Of a DNA stretch of 64,000 nt, positions 39,416 through 52,341 are shown in pieces. Every line of letters begins with the position of its first letter. Position 1 is the first letter of the stretch. Source of the DNA: Octopus sinensis (Eukaryota); contig NC_043000.1 of NCBI RefSeq assembly GCF_006345805.1, forward strand, positions 76,198,001 through 76,262,000, read 5' to 3'. A program made the position numbers and the translations under genes. Below the pieces are notes generated by a model, which did no database searches, was not told where the DNA came from, and saw nothing but the letters and a program-made list of their open reading frames with translations.

Positions 39416-42414
39416 ATTATTAATATTGCTATTATTATTATTATTTTGCATAATCTTTATTTCAGAATTTCTGTTTTAATTTACTTTATTGGTAGAATGT
39501 TTCGGAGATGGAGGTGGAACCAACCTTCAGTTTGAAATTTTACTTGAAAGTAAAAGTATAGAGGGAAATATTTCTTGATGCACAATTCAAATTGCGTTTG
39601 TTAGATTTGAGGAAAAAAAACCCTGAATAATTTTATATCCTTATGTTTGGATAAATGATTTAATGAAGCAGAGGTAAAGTAATGTTTTCACACAACATAC
39701 TACTGCTATGTGAGACTCCAAATGCCCTGTTATCTCAACGATAACGTTACTCTTTATAAGAGTTCGACAAGTCCATCTTTTAATCATACAGGGGTGTTAA
39801 TGTCTATCATCACATCTCCCCTTTTGAAATTAACTTCCGTTGGAAGTGAATAAATTTTTCTTTTTTTTTCACACCACACCTCCCTTTTTGAGATTTACTT
39901 CCCTTGAAACTTAATATTTTTTTTGTGTTTTGAAACTACCTCTAACAATTCCATACCTTTTCTTTTTTCTTGTACTGGTACGCCTTGCTTTGACAATTTC
40001 TTGCAGAGTTGGCACATCAAAAACATCGTAGAGAACTTCCATGGGTACTTCCTTCTTTGTAACCCTTCCTTCATCAAACCTTTTCAGCTGATTTATGTGC
40101 CTTTTATGTTCCCATTTCGAACCTTTCACCATGTATATCTGGGATACTATACATTGCAAAAAGTTTGTGTAGAAAATCCACTGTTACCATGGAAGTTGGG
40201 TTTCTACATTTACACATTTCTGGCCATTTTGTAAAGCTATATACCACTATGATCTGTTTAATGGTCCTGTGAAGTCTATGTGTCCATGAAATATTGGTCT
40301 TGGGCCAATGTTAAAATTTTATAATTGGTGATGTTGCTGCAAGAGCACAACTTCTGCAGGATTTTACCAACATCTCAATATCTAGATCCATCCTGGAAAT
40401 TCCTGGATGTAGTGAGACAGGTTTATGACCCTCTGTGCATACATCAACACATTATCACATATCGAATACAAATTTGAGACTGTACTATGTCCAGCCACAG
40501 GTATTTTTTACACAGCTCCAAAACCACTTTCATTAGCATCTGATGCCACTATTTCTAAATCTGGGTCAAAATGTGATAACAACAATTCCAACATTAAGAT
40601 GTTTTTAATTTCTTCAAAAGATTTTTGACATTTGTCTGACCAGTTCCACTCAACGTCTTTTCTTCATAAGCTATTCAGGGGTGCTCTTAAATCATGCATA
40701 TTTGGTATGTATACCTGGCAGTAATTTGCAGCCCCAAAAATGCTTGTAACATAATGTTTGTCAGGGGAGGCATATTTTTTATTGATGGATCTGCTCTGAA
40801 TCCATTTTCATCGATAATCTGCTCTAGATATTTTATTCTTGACATAAAAAATTCACACTGAGCTTAAAACCAATAATGGCATCAAACATTTAACACTGTT
40901 GAAAAATCAGCACACACAGAGATTTTATTATTTTTTCTTGACATAAACTGTTGGGGATGCCCATTTAGCATAATCAGTTTTTTCAATAACTCCAAGCTTT
41001 TCAAGTCTATCCAATTCTTCATTGACTTGTTTCAAGGCTGCGAAAGATACAGTTCTTCTTGGTTTAAATACTGGTATGATGTTTTCTTTTACTTGAAATT
41101 TCACCTTTGCTTTGATGCAAAGACCTAATTCATCAGAAAAAACTTCAGGAAAAATCTTTTTTAAGTCTTTTTTAAATTCTCTGATGCCTTATTTGTACTG
41201 TTGGAAGAAGCATTCACATTTTTACCACAAAAATTTATTGGGAGGTCCCATAAGTTCCATCCAGTCTGTTCCAAATAAATTTGTCGTATTATTCAGCACA
41301 AAAACTTTGGATTTCAAGGTTTTTCCACAAAACATAACAGCACTTATCATTTCACCCTTAAAATGTAATTTTTTTCCTGAAACACCATGTGCAATCTTCA
41401 AAGGTTCTTTCAGTTTAGGTTTCCTGATTTTTCTCCATGTATCTGCATTAATTATCATGATATCACTGCCCGTATCCAATTGTAACTTGATATTCACATC
41501 ATTCATTTTTATGGACACAAATTTTCTTTTTTGAGCCTTGCTTAGAATTTTTGTTGATAATACTTTCTGGCCAGAATGTTTTTGTTTCACTTTTTTTTTG
41601 TTTTGCTCTACAATGTGAGCTTCCGATTTTTCCACACTCAAAACGTTTTATATTTTTAAAAGGACAGTTACCTTTAAAATGTAAGCCTCTACTCTTGACA
41701 TTTGTTTTTCTTTTTTCATATCTGTTACAGGTTAACATGTATGTTATGTCTTGAATTTATAGTCCTCTGGCATTCTTCTGCTACTGCCTATAGAGTTAAT
41801 TTTTGGTCCTGTTCTAATTTTGTTAATATCTGGGACTGCATCTTTGCTTGCAGTTAGCCCTTGAACAAAATTTAGATATTTGAACATGTCTGGGGTTAAT
41901 TCATTTGATTTGAATCTTTCACTCTTTGTTAACAACTCCAGCATAGGTGATGAAATCTTCATCTTTTTTAACCAAATTTAAACACTGCCAGAGAGTACTT
42001 AACAGGGAACTTCTTTCACTGAAAATTTTCAATAAGTTGTTTCATTGAAACAAATCACACCTGGTTTCTTCAGCAGAATATAATTACAATATTTTCCGTG
42101 TTTGGCAGGGGATAACTTTCTTAAAAGTAGTTGTATATTTTTCTTGTCAGTCCAATTTTAAAATTCTTATTATTTTCAAAATAAATTATCTCTCCAATTG
42201 AGTTTGTTGCACCGTCTGAACTGAATGACCCTGAAGTATTTTCAGACTTTTTCAACATTAATTCCAGCAACTGTTGGTTTTGTTGTTGTAGTTGCTGTTG
42301 CAACTGCACTATGCAGGCCAATAATTCCTCCATGTTAACAGTTTATTTCTTTGGTTTCGTACCAAAACATTTTAATGTTTGATGCAAGTTTCAAATATCA
42401 CATTACCACTTTTA

Positions 42415-42928
42415 TGACATAGAAAAATACGAGCATGAAAAATAATATTCTTAAGATTATAAACCTGGAAAAGTACAGGACAAGTTATTACACCTGTAAA
42501 AGTATAGGACAAGGTATTACTTCTAGTAAAGAATAAGAAACTTTTTACTTAAAATATTGCAGCAAAGAATGCCAGTTCTTCTAATTTATCACTCTTTACA
42601 GTTCTCATCTTTTAAATTTACTGTACAAAACTGTTCAGCTAATTTGTAGGTTTGTCTAATTATTCACTTTTTTCTGTATATAGGTAGTAAATTAGCCAAA
42701 TTCTACTTAAATAAATATAGTGTTATTTGTAAACTATAATAAAATATTTTTTTAAGATTAACATTTTAATTTTAGCTGCAGTATTTAAGTAAAAAGTTTC
42801 TTATTCTTTACCTTACTAGAAGTAATAGTTTGTCCTATACTTTTACAAGTGTAATAACTTGTCCTGTACTTTTCCAGGTTTATAATCTTAAGAATATTAC
42901 TTTTCATGCTCACATTTTTTCATGTAAT
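42415..42928. mobile_element. ~510-bp MITE-like element with ~140-bp inverted arms
   Basis: 42420-42560 is the reverse complement of 42776-42918. Confidence 0.7.
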
Positions 42929-43369
42929 CCATGATTTTTCCAGGCATTACTGTTATAAGATGATAATGGGTCAATTAATAATTTAGGATTTTACCTTATA
43001 TAATACTAGGTAGGGGGATACATTGGCTGCTATTTTTAGCGTGTCAAGCGACCAGGTAAAGGCTCTTTCATTGGTTTGATTGCGTGATGAGATTCTTTTA
43101 CACATATATGTATAATATGCATATATATCATTGGCAGAAGTTAGAGAGTAAGTCAAAAGCTGAGAGTTTCATGTATTGGCACTTATCAAACATGAATTTG
43201 TCCATTGTCACTGTAACTTACGACGAAATAACTTCTAAAATACAAAATTTTATCAAAAACATTAAGAGTAAACCCTGACATATTGTATCAGTATCGGAAT
43301 TTTCAAAGTGTTTAGTTAAAAAAAATTAACTAAATAATCTGTATGTTAAATTAAATAGATCCGAAATGG

Positions 43370-43637
43370 ATAAGAAGCAAAGTTGACCTCAGCGGTATTT
43401 GAACTCAGAACATAAACACAGGCAAAATACCTATTTCTTTACTACCCACAAGGGGCTAAACACAGAGAGGACAAACAAGGACAGACAAAGGAATTAAGTT
43501 GATTATATTGACCCCAGTGTGTAACTGGTATTTATTTAATCGACCCCGAAAGGATGGGACTCAGAACATAGCGGCAGACAAAATACCGCTAAGCATTTCA
43601 CCCAGCATGCTAACGTTTCTGCCAGCTCACTGCCTTA
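43370..43637 (-). mobile_element. SINE family B copy plus adjacent fragment
   Basis: Reverse complement of ggcagtgagctggcagaaacgttagc...gggtagtaaagaaatagg. Confidence 0.75.
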
Positions 43638-44610
43638 GAATGTAAACATTCATTTTAGCAATATATTCTTTAATATTCTTATTGATAAGCGTTACTTCCT
43701 TACTCTCTTACTTACACGAAATTTCGTGGTATTTCACCCCATAACTTTTCTCCTACTAATTTTTGTTCAATGCAACTAACAACTCTGAATTCCTCATACA
43801 TTTTTGTACCATTTAAGCCAAAGAAAAGTATACTTTTATTTATGTTAATTTAAGGTGAATAGGTACCTTACTGCCTCCCCCCCAGGTCGCAGATATTTTG
43901 ATGCAACTTTTTTCTACTGAACCAAATCTCAAACTATTTATGCCAAAGTGTAGCTGAGGAGGTGTCCTCTTTAAAACTGTTAACAGTTTGCAATTTAGTT
44001 GAGAACTGAATTAGTGGTGAAGCTTGGAAGCTGCTGCGATTGACGAAATGGTGGACTCAGGAATATATTCAACCACTACCATGATTGAATGATATCCTTG
44101 CATTTGGATACCTGATTTAATGAAGTGGAGGCAAAGTAATGTATTCACATAATGTACTACTGCTATGTAAGACCCCAAATGCCCTCTGTTATCACAACAA
44201 TAACGTTACTCTTTATAAGAGTTCAATGAGTTCATCTTTTAATCACACAGAAGTGTTAATGTCTATCACCATAACAAATAAATAAAAAGATTTTCAGTAA
44301 AAATTTATCTTTATTTAACAACTGTAAATTTTGAGAAAAAATATTTAAACCCAATAATCTCTTTTTTATTACTTTAGATTTATCTGAACCATGATTTTTA
44401 ATTAGTGAAGACTGGAGGGGAATGATTACTTGCACAAAATTTTTTCTAATTTTACAAATTAAGAAAATATAATGTAGAAATAACCAATTAATTTCTGTCT
44501 CTTTTTTCTTTCAACAACCTGATATTATGTGTTGAACTGTTTAAAGGGAATCTGATACATTGTGTTGAACTGTCTGAAGAAAACCTGCAACATTTTATCA
44601 CAGATGATTT

Positions 44611-44708
44611 TCAGTGATCAGTTTTTTCCAAATTTACATTGGTTCCACAGATAAGCCATTCATGTTTTCCTGTCAGCAAGTCTTCACGTAATTCTTTATC
44701 AGTAATAC
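44611..44708 (-). CDS. PLA2G7: PAF-AH last coding exon, GITDKELREDLLTGKHEWLICGTNVNLEKTDH*
   Basis: ttttag acceptor, in-frame TGA at 44611-44613. Resembles the human C-terminal LIEG..LIPGTN. AATAAA hexamers lie downstream on the minus strand (~44310-44370). Confidence 0.85.
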
Positions 44709-44884
44709 CTAAAAGAGAAATGAAGTTCATTTGTTAGACAATGTTGTATAGAAAGTTATTCCTAATGCCGTCTGCCTTAAATCTTTACATCTTTTTACAG
44801 AAGACCTATATACCTCTGTACCTCCCTTTAAAAGTTTTTTAAAAGAATATTTGTATAATGTTCAAATACAAGTGGCATTTTCCT

Positions 44885-45151
44885 TGTTTCTGCCTGTCTC
44901 TGTGTCTCTTGCTTACTCTTGTGGGTTGGAGGTCATTGTGAATTCTTGGTAGAGGAGGAGGAGAAGAAGAAGAATGTGGGAGTACAAGACAGTAGTATGT
45001 TGAATGGTTTTTTGGGGCTGCTGACCATTCAACATACTACTGTCATGGTACTCCCACATTCATCTTCTACTCCTCCTCCTCCTCTACCAAAAATTCACAA
45101 TGACCTCCAACCCACAAGAGTAAGCAAGAGACACAGAGACAGGCAGAAACA
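44885..45151. repeat. Fold-back inverted repeat, ~124-bp arms with a 15-nt loop
   Basis: 44885-45008 pairs with 45024-45151 with few mismatches. Confidence 0.9.
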
Positions 45152-45209
45152 GTCGATAGTAGTAGTCACTGTTCAATTCATGAAACATCTCTTTTGAATA
45201 TTTTTTTTA

Positions 45210-46476
45210 CAAAATTTGCATAGGTGTTATTCTAAACAATAGTGGTAAGGTTAAGAAGGAAACAAAGAAGGAGGAGAAGGAAGAATAAGAAGGAATGTAG
45301 GTAGTGTGAAAGTAGTAAGGTGTTAAATGTTCAAATGACTTAAAATTGGCACGTTATGGATTATAGCAGTGATTGGGACTGTTTTTTAATGAATTGTTGG
45401 GAATCTCTTGAGTGTATCATTTTTAATATTTGCGTGTGTATTTGTGTTATTCTAAGGCATTGGTGGATATGTTGTTTGTTGTAGACGCATTCAAAAAGGG
45501 TCTGTATTTCGTAATAAAGAGTCTCTTTACTAATTCGTTGGCTCCAGGTTGCATCATCCTTGAATTGGTAGAGGGGAAAAATTCTGAAGCTTGGATTTTT
45601 GTTATTGGTGCAAATGTCTATGTGTTGGCTGAATGCTATTTTTCTGTTTTGGGGAATTTTGATCTGGTATCTGTGCAGAGCCATTCTTTTACGTAGACTG
45701 ATTTTTGTTTGGCCTATGTATCGCTCTTGACACCCAGAGCAGGTTAGTGTATATATAAGGTTCTCCGAAGCACATGTGAAGTTGCTTTTCCCTGTGAAAC
45801 GTTGTCACTGTTTGAAGGAGAACTTTGATCCCTCAATTAAATTGACGCATGTCCCACAGTTGGGTCTTCCGCATTTTTTTACTGACGGCTTCTGTGTTGT
45901 TGAGCGTATTCGGGCTTGTGTTAGGAGACTTGGGTTGTCTCTTGCTTTTATGATGGTAAGTGTTTGGAGGACTAAAATTCTTTCTGTGGGTATGTTTTGG
46001 AGGATGGTGTCGAAGGCTTCATTGTTGAGAGGGTTGTGTGTGGAGATGTGTGATAAGGCTTTTGGTTGTAAATCTCTCTTTAATTTGGGATGTCTGCGTT
46101 CCTGAATGTTGAGTTGAAGGGCATGTTGAAAGCATATGTCAATTAGTGAAGGTGGGTAGTTCCTGGTGATGAGTGTATCCTTTAGTTCATGTAGTCATGT
46201 ATCTCTGGTGTTTGCGTTAGAAACTATGGTACATATCCTTTTTGCTAGGTTGAAGGGCATATTCATTCTGGTGTGTCTGGGGTGGCATGAGTTGAACGGT
46301 AGATATTGCTTGGAATCTGTAGGCTTATAGTATATATCTGTTTCTAATACATTGTTAGATTTCTTAATGAGGATGTCGAGGAAGGGAAGTTGTTGCTGGC
46401 TATATTCAGCGAATTTGATTTCACTTGCCTGAACAGGTCTTTGCAAGCAGAGCTTAGTGTCCAATGAAAGAAAGGT
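45210..46476 (-). mobile_element. Penelope-like element (RT C-terminus plus GIY-YIG), 5'-truncated
   Basis: LPFLDILI...TDIYYKPTDSKQYLPFNSCHP, then CGRPNCGTC and LIYTLTCSGCQERYIGQT...R...H. Confidence 0.88.
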
Positions 46477-46479
46477 ATG

Positions 46480-49150
46480 CATAAGTGGGCTGGTTACACC
46501 CCTGATATAGGCTACGAGGTTATGGTCTCACTTGGCTTGCTGGGTCTTCTCAAGTACAGCATATTTCCAAAGGTCCCGGTCACTAGTCATTGCCTGTTCG
46601 AAGATTGTGCTTCACCACCTCGTCCCAGGTCTTCCTGGGTCTACCTCTTCCGCAGGTTCCCTCAAAAGCTAGGGAGTGGCACGTTTTCACACAGCTATTC
46701 TCATCCATTCTCACCACATGACCATACCAGCGCAGTCGTCTCTCTTGCATACCACATCTGATGCTTCTTAGGTCCAACTTTTCTCTCAAGGTACTTACAC
46801 TCTGTCGAGTATGCACACTGACATTACACATCCAATGGAGTATACTGGCTTCATTCCTTGCGAGTTTACGCATGTCCTCAGCAGTCATGACCCATATTTT
46901 ACTACCATGTAGCATGGCTGTTCATATACATGCGTCATACAGTCAACCTTTTACTCTGAGTGAGAGGCCCTTTGTCACCAGCAGAGGTAAGAGCTCTCTG
47001 AACTTTGCCCAGGCTATTCTTATTCTAGCAGCTACACTTTCAGCGCACCCTCCCCTGCTACTGACTTGGTCACCTAGGTAACTGAAGCTATCAACTACTT
47101 CTAGTTTTTCTCCCTAGAATGTGGCAGAAGTTGTTCTCTGCACATTTTCAGTGTTTATTGCTCCTGAGCATCTGCCACATGCAAAAACTATCTTCCCAGT
47201 TAGCCTTCTTTTGATATTGCTGCACCTCGTCTGTGTTCATAGCTTACACTGGGTACATCTTATAGAGTTTCTACCTATGCTTTTCCTACACATCGAGCAG
47301 GGCCATCTCTCTGAAGGGATTTGTGGTTTGCTTGCCTTCCTACTTATTAGGACTTTGGTTTTAGCTAGGTTGACTTAAGGGCCCTTCAATTCTAATCCTT
47401 GTTTCCACACCTGAAACTTCTCTAGTTCTGATAGTGACTCAGCAATTAGAGCAAGGTCATCAGCATAGAGGAGCTCCCAGGAGCATCCTGTTTTTAATTC
47501 CTCTGTTATTGCCTGGAGGACTATGATAAATAGGAGGGGATTAAGGATTGGTGGATCCCTACCTCTACTCGGAATTCTTCACTGTACTCATTGCCAACCC
47601 TCACCTTTCTGACAGCGTCCCTGTACATGGCTTGCACAGCTCTCACTAACTATTCATCTATCCCTAGTTTCCTCATTGACCACCAGATAAGGGATCAGGG
47701 GACCCTGTCAAAGGTTTTCTCCGTGGCAACGAAAGCCAGGTACAGAGGTTTATCTTTGGCTAGGTATTTTTCCTCAGTTGTCTTACCACAAACATAGCAT
47801 CAGTGGTGCTTTTCCCTGGCACTAACCCAAACTGCATCTCATCTAAACTGACTCTCTCCCTAATTAGTTGGGCTATGATCTTCTCCATGACCTTCATTAC
47901 CTGATCCAACAACTTGGTACCTCTGTAATTATTTGTGTCTAAAGCGTCACTTTTACCGTTGCAGCATTTGACTATAGTGCTGCTACACCAGTCATTGGGT
48001 ATGACTCCTTCATGTATCACCTGGTTAACTATACGGGTGACTAGGCTATAGCTGACACTGCCAGATATTTTGAGCATCTCTGCAGTGATTCCTGATGGGC
48101 CGGGGGCTTTCCCTGTCTTCATACTCTTAGTTGCTTTATCTACCAAGGTACTGTCAACTCGGATAGCTGGTCCCTCTGTTGGGTCGACATTCGGCAGACT
48201 CTTTTTCTCCCATTCATTTTCTTTAACGAGCAATCTTTCATAGTAACATCACCAAACCTCTCTCTTTGCAGCCTTGTTTAGTGCAAGTGAGCCATCATCC
48301 ATGCAGACACATTTCTCTCCTACAACATCACGATTCTCTCTCAAACACTGGCTTACAATACAAAATACCTCCAGTCTTTGGTCCTCATGGCACAGAACAT
48401 TGGCAAATTTTTTCTTATCCGCTTTCCCTCTCACTAAGTAAACCTGTCTCCTAGCTTCTCTTTTCGCAGTCTGATACAATTCCCTGCTACCACTGTTCTT
48501 CCAGTCCTCCCAAGCCTGTTTCTTTTCTCTAATAACCCTGTCAACAACATTGTTCCACCACCACGTTATTTTGGGTTGAGAGGGGACTTTGCACTGTCCA
48601 TAGATCTGGTCAGTGGCCCTCAGCATGTTGCCCCATAGAAACTGCCAGTTGTCTTCTACATCATGTGATGCTATATCCCCTTCTATTTTGTCAAAGGCTT
48701 TGAGTAATATGTCTCTAAATTTCTGTCCATTTGCAAGATTTTTAAGCTTCCAGACCCTTCTCCTCCATGCTGGTCATATTCTGGGCATCCACTTAGAACT
48801 GATCCTGAAGTCATTAACTACCAGTCTATGTTGTGGGGTACATTCTTCGCCTGGGGAAGGTTTGGGCATTTATAAGCAACCATCTTTCCCCTTTTCTGGT
48901 GAGGATGTAGTCAATTTGGCTAGTGTGTCTGCCAGAATGGTAGGTGACTGGCAGGTTTCCTGAAGTTAGTGTTGCAAACCATATGGTCATTTCCATCGCA
49001 GAACTCCAGCAGCCTGGTTCCCTCCTCATTGCAGGAACCAAAACCGTAGCCTCCATGTACGCTATGGAAGCCCCCTGTGAGTTGTCCAACATGTCCAATG
49101 AAGTCACCAGCCACAAAGAGAAGGTCCCTGTCATTCGTCAACGAGGTAGT
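46480..49150 (-). mobile_element. RTE LINE (EN to C-terminus), degraded
   Basis: ORF fragments 48920-49156, 47760-48233 and 46583-46915 are homologous to the other RTE copies. Confidence 0.9.
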
Positions 49151-49820
49151 CTGCAAGAGGGTGTCATAGAATTAGGTGGGCAATGTGTACAGTGAAAAAA
49201 GTGGCTGAGTTCCTTTCAAGTATTGGGCCTCACAGAGGCAATGACCAAGACCTTTGGTATTATGTCATGCTTGAGAAGACCCATCAAGCCAAGCAAAATT
49301 GCAGTCATGGCAGATAGCAGTGTCACACAAATTGGCACCTGTACCAGTGGCATGTAAATGCACCCCAGTGTCACACAAATTGGTACCTGTGCCGGTGACA
49401 TGTAAATGCTCCCCGGTGTCATGCAAATGGCACCCATACCAGTGGTACATAAAAACATCCATTACACTCTTGGAGTGGTTGGCATTAGGAAGGGCATCCA
49501 GCCATAGAAAACTATGCGAAATCAGATGGAGTCTAGTACAGCCTTCTAGCGTGTCAGCCCAGTCAAACTGTCCAATCCAAGCCAGCATGGACAACAGACA
49601 TTAAATGATGATGATAATTTAGGTGACATGCAGACTGATTGATTATGGTATGAATGTTATGATGGAACAAAAAGAAAATGGTGTGTCTGTAAATACATAG
49701 GACAGATTGATGATAATCTTTACATTCTCAACTTCCATACAATAGAATGTCTGCTCAATGATTTATTTTAATGTGGATATTTTACTTAAAAAAAAATACA
49801 AAAATAGACCATGAACTTAC

Positions 49821-49969
49821 CAATAATTTTACAAAGAAATCCTTGCACTATTTTTCCAGTTATGTCTATAGCATCCTTTGGTGCTAAATTGTGACAGAAT
49901 TTCATGATCCGACCCATATAGTGGTTGCAAAGGAACTGGAAGTCTGTGCTGCTTTGGTGACAAGTTCCT
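49821..49969 (-). CDS. PLA2G7: PAF-AH exon with the catalytic His, GTCHQSSTDFQFLCNHYMGRIMKFCHNLAPKDAIDITGKIVQGFLCKII
   Basis: taacag/GTAAGT boundaries, 149 nt. GTCHQS corresponds to human GSVHQN. Confidence 0.92.
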
Positions 49970-50239
49970 CTGTTAAAGAAAATGTAAAGAATAGTGAGGG
50001 AAACCTTTTGATAAATATATTATCATCAACTATAGCAACAAATTGGAAGAATTTTTAGTACATTGGTTAAAATGTTTTGTGTTGTTTGTTCTAGTTCTTT
50101 ACGTTCTGATTTTAAATTCTGCCAAAGCCAACTTTGCCTTTCATTCCTGCAGAGTTGGTAAAACATAGTCCGATACTAGGTTGATATAATTTTCCAAAAT
50201 GTCTGTTACATTCTGAGTTCAAATTACCGAGTGGACAAA

Positions 50240-51000
50240 TAATACCAACAATAACAATTCAATCTGCTATACCATGCCACCTTGTCTCCTATAAATTTGT
50301 GGACATACATCTACCAATGTAAATCATTAAATGCTTGTCACTCTGTCATTAAATATTGCCAAAAACAGTAACTGCCCTAAATACTCCGAGATTATATTTC
50401 AGTCACCCAAGCCTCATCCACATGGATAACTCACATCAAAATAGCACCGTTTGAGGACAGAGACCTCAAAAACATCCTACCATGATGGAAATTTGATCTC
50501 CTTCAACAAATACACAGTCATTAGACATATAAGATAATATTGCACCTCATCTCTTAAAATATGAGTAACACACAACTAGAATTCTCAAGGACACTACACC
50601 TGGCCTCACCATTACTGAGGATCTCCTCTGTTAACATGCATATTCAACATAGCAAAGTTCATTCTTAGGGTCAGAAAATATTTCAACCCCATTCAACTCC
50701 TAAATTTCTGTTGAACTGATGTGGAACCCACAATGGAATACTGCCCCATCTAGGACAGTGCAAAAACCCCACCCAGGACATTCAAATCTCTGGCTCACAA
50801 ATGTGCCTCCTCTTCTTACTGCTTTTTCTACAGCTGTTTCTATAGTGGACTCTGCTCTTTGAAGATGGTTAGTGTCAAACTAACTCCATTCCTCACTCAC
50901 TTGTATCTCCTCACCCACTGTGTTGCCTCACCATCACTAACCACTTCCTTCCCAGAATGTTGGCACTCAGGAATATCCTCTCTGCCCATGTTTTCCATGC
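50240..51000 (+). mobile_element. Old CR1-like LINE remnant; similar decayed segment near 23850-24480
   Basis: cccacaatggaata/gctg (PTMEY/C) segment shared by both loci; many stops. Confidence 0.4.
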
Positions 51001-51066
51001 AGCTATCAACTTGTGACTATTCAAAAGAAATATTAACTGTGTCGATCTCACCTATGAAAAACTTAC

Positions 51067-51237
51067 AATATTGTCAACATAATTCTGTTTTGTTGTGTGC
51101 ATTCAAGGTTTTTCATTTTCAGGACATTTCTTTTCCACTGAAAGGTTTCTGTATTAAGCATTAAAACTGGCTGAGTAACTTGAGCATAAATATTGTCCTC
51201 CAAGGGTAACATCCAACCATCCAACACCACTCCAGCT
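51067..51237 (-). CDS. PLA2G7: PAF-AH exon with the catalytic Asp, AGVVLDGWMLPLEDNIYAQVTQPVLMLNTETFQWKRNVLKMKNLECTQQNRIMLTI
   Basis: caccag/GTAAGT boundaries, 171 nt. LDGWM corresponds to human LDAWM. Confidence 0.92.
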
Positions 51238-52249
51238 CTGGTGGTAGAAAGTAAACAGATACAATGGTTTTAACATATAAACAGCCTGGGATTAATTCAA
51301 CATCAGTTTATTAATGGGCCTGCCCTGATAGCCCCAACCTGATATAGTAATGGCAGAATGAATAACTTGCACTTCTACATGGTCACTCAAACTACTAGAA
51401 ACTGTAGCCAAATCTTCCTCAAATCACAATTTCTTAATAACAAAAGTACCATTGGATATATGTATCCTTAGATATACTATGGCTGAAAAAAGATGAGATG
51501 GTCATGACTGAAATGCTGTTGATTATAGATATGAAAACCTAATAAAAAGTATATTCATAGCAATGTATTTTTACTTTTCTTGTGTGGTGCCTATTTATGT
51601 GGACCAGGTTATTGTTATGGCTCAGAGTCCAATGCAGAGTGACAGTATAAGCATGTTATACTTCCTCTACTGTTTAGTCTGGAGATGACACCATATGTAT
51701 TAACCTGTTAACATAACATGCCAACACTTTGAATTAACTTTGTACCTTGTCTTTTACAGACCTCCAGGTTTGGAGTTTAGTTCCTGATGAAACTATTAAA
51801 AAAACTGTTAAAATTATATTCCCTCTCACTGAAGATATCAATCTGTTTCTTCTCTCCTTTTCCATATTTGTATGAGTCAAACATATTTTGTTGATATTTT
51901 GTATGAGTCAAACATATTTTGTTGATATTTTGTTGATAAGTCAATGCCACAACTAAATCTCCCTCACATCGCATTCTGCTATCTTAAAAATAAAAGAACA
52001 CACTGAGTAAGGTAGACAACTGTATGAATAACAGACAGGATGGTCATAGCTGGATTGGTTTTGATCATTGATTTATTCAGTGAGAGCTGACCTTGGGTTT
52101 CACGACAGGTAAATGCCTGTGTAGCAGGATTGACTGCTATTCAATAGAAAAAAGAACAAAATATAAGAAAATCTATACTTTGTAAGTTATTTATAACAAG
52201 TAAATGAATAATTAAATATTGTAAAAGTGAAGGATTTTTAAATATTTAC

Positions 52250-52341
52250 CTAAACCTTTTGTCTTTAGCAAGGACCATAATAGTTGTGGCTCCTCCAAAA
52301 GAATGTCCAGCAATACATACATTAGACAGATCCAAATGTTC
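52250..52341 (-). CDS. PLA2G7: PAF acetylhydrolase (PLA2G7/PAFAH2-like) exon with the catalytic Ser, EHLDLSNVCIAGHSFGGATTIMVLAKDKRF
   Basis: tttcag/GTAAAT boundaries, 92 nt, GHSFG nucleophile motif. Assignment to PLA2G7 versus PAFAH2 cannot be made; it is likely a co-ortholog of both. Confidence 0.92.

Larger units (their letters stand above)
39635..44276 (-). mobile_element. Degenerate Ty3/gypsy (K02A2.6-like) LTR retrotransposon
   Basis: gag start at 42333, protease LDTGSD (41222-41641), RT/RNaseH/integrase fragments to 39895, and PPT AAAAGGGGAGA before TG at 39813. A related ~180-bp LTR-like segment lies at 44092-44276; pairing of the two is uncertain. Confidence 0.75.
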
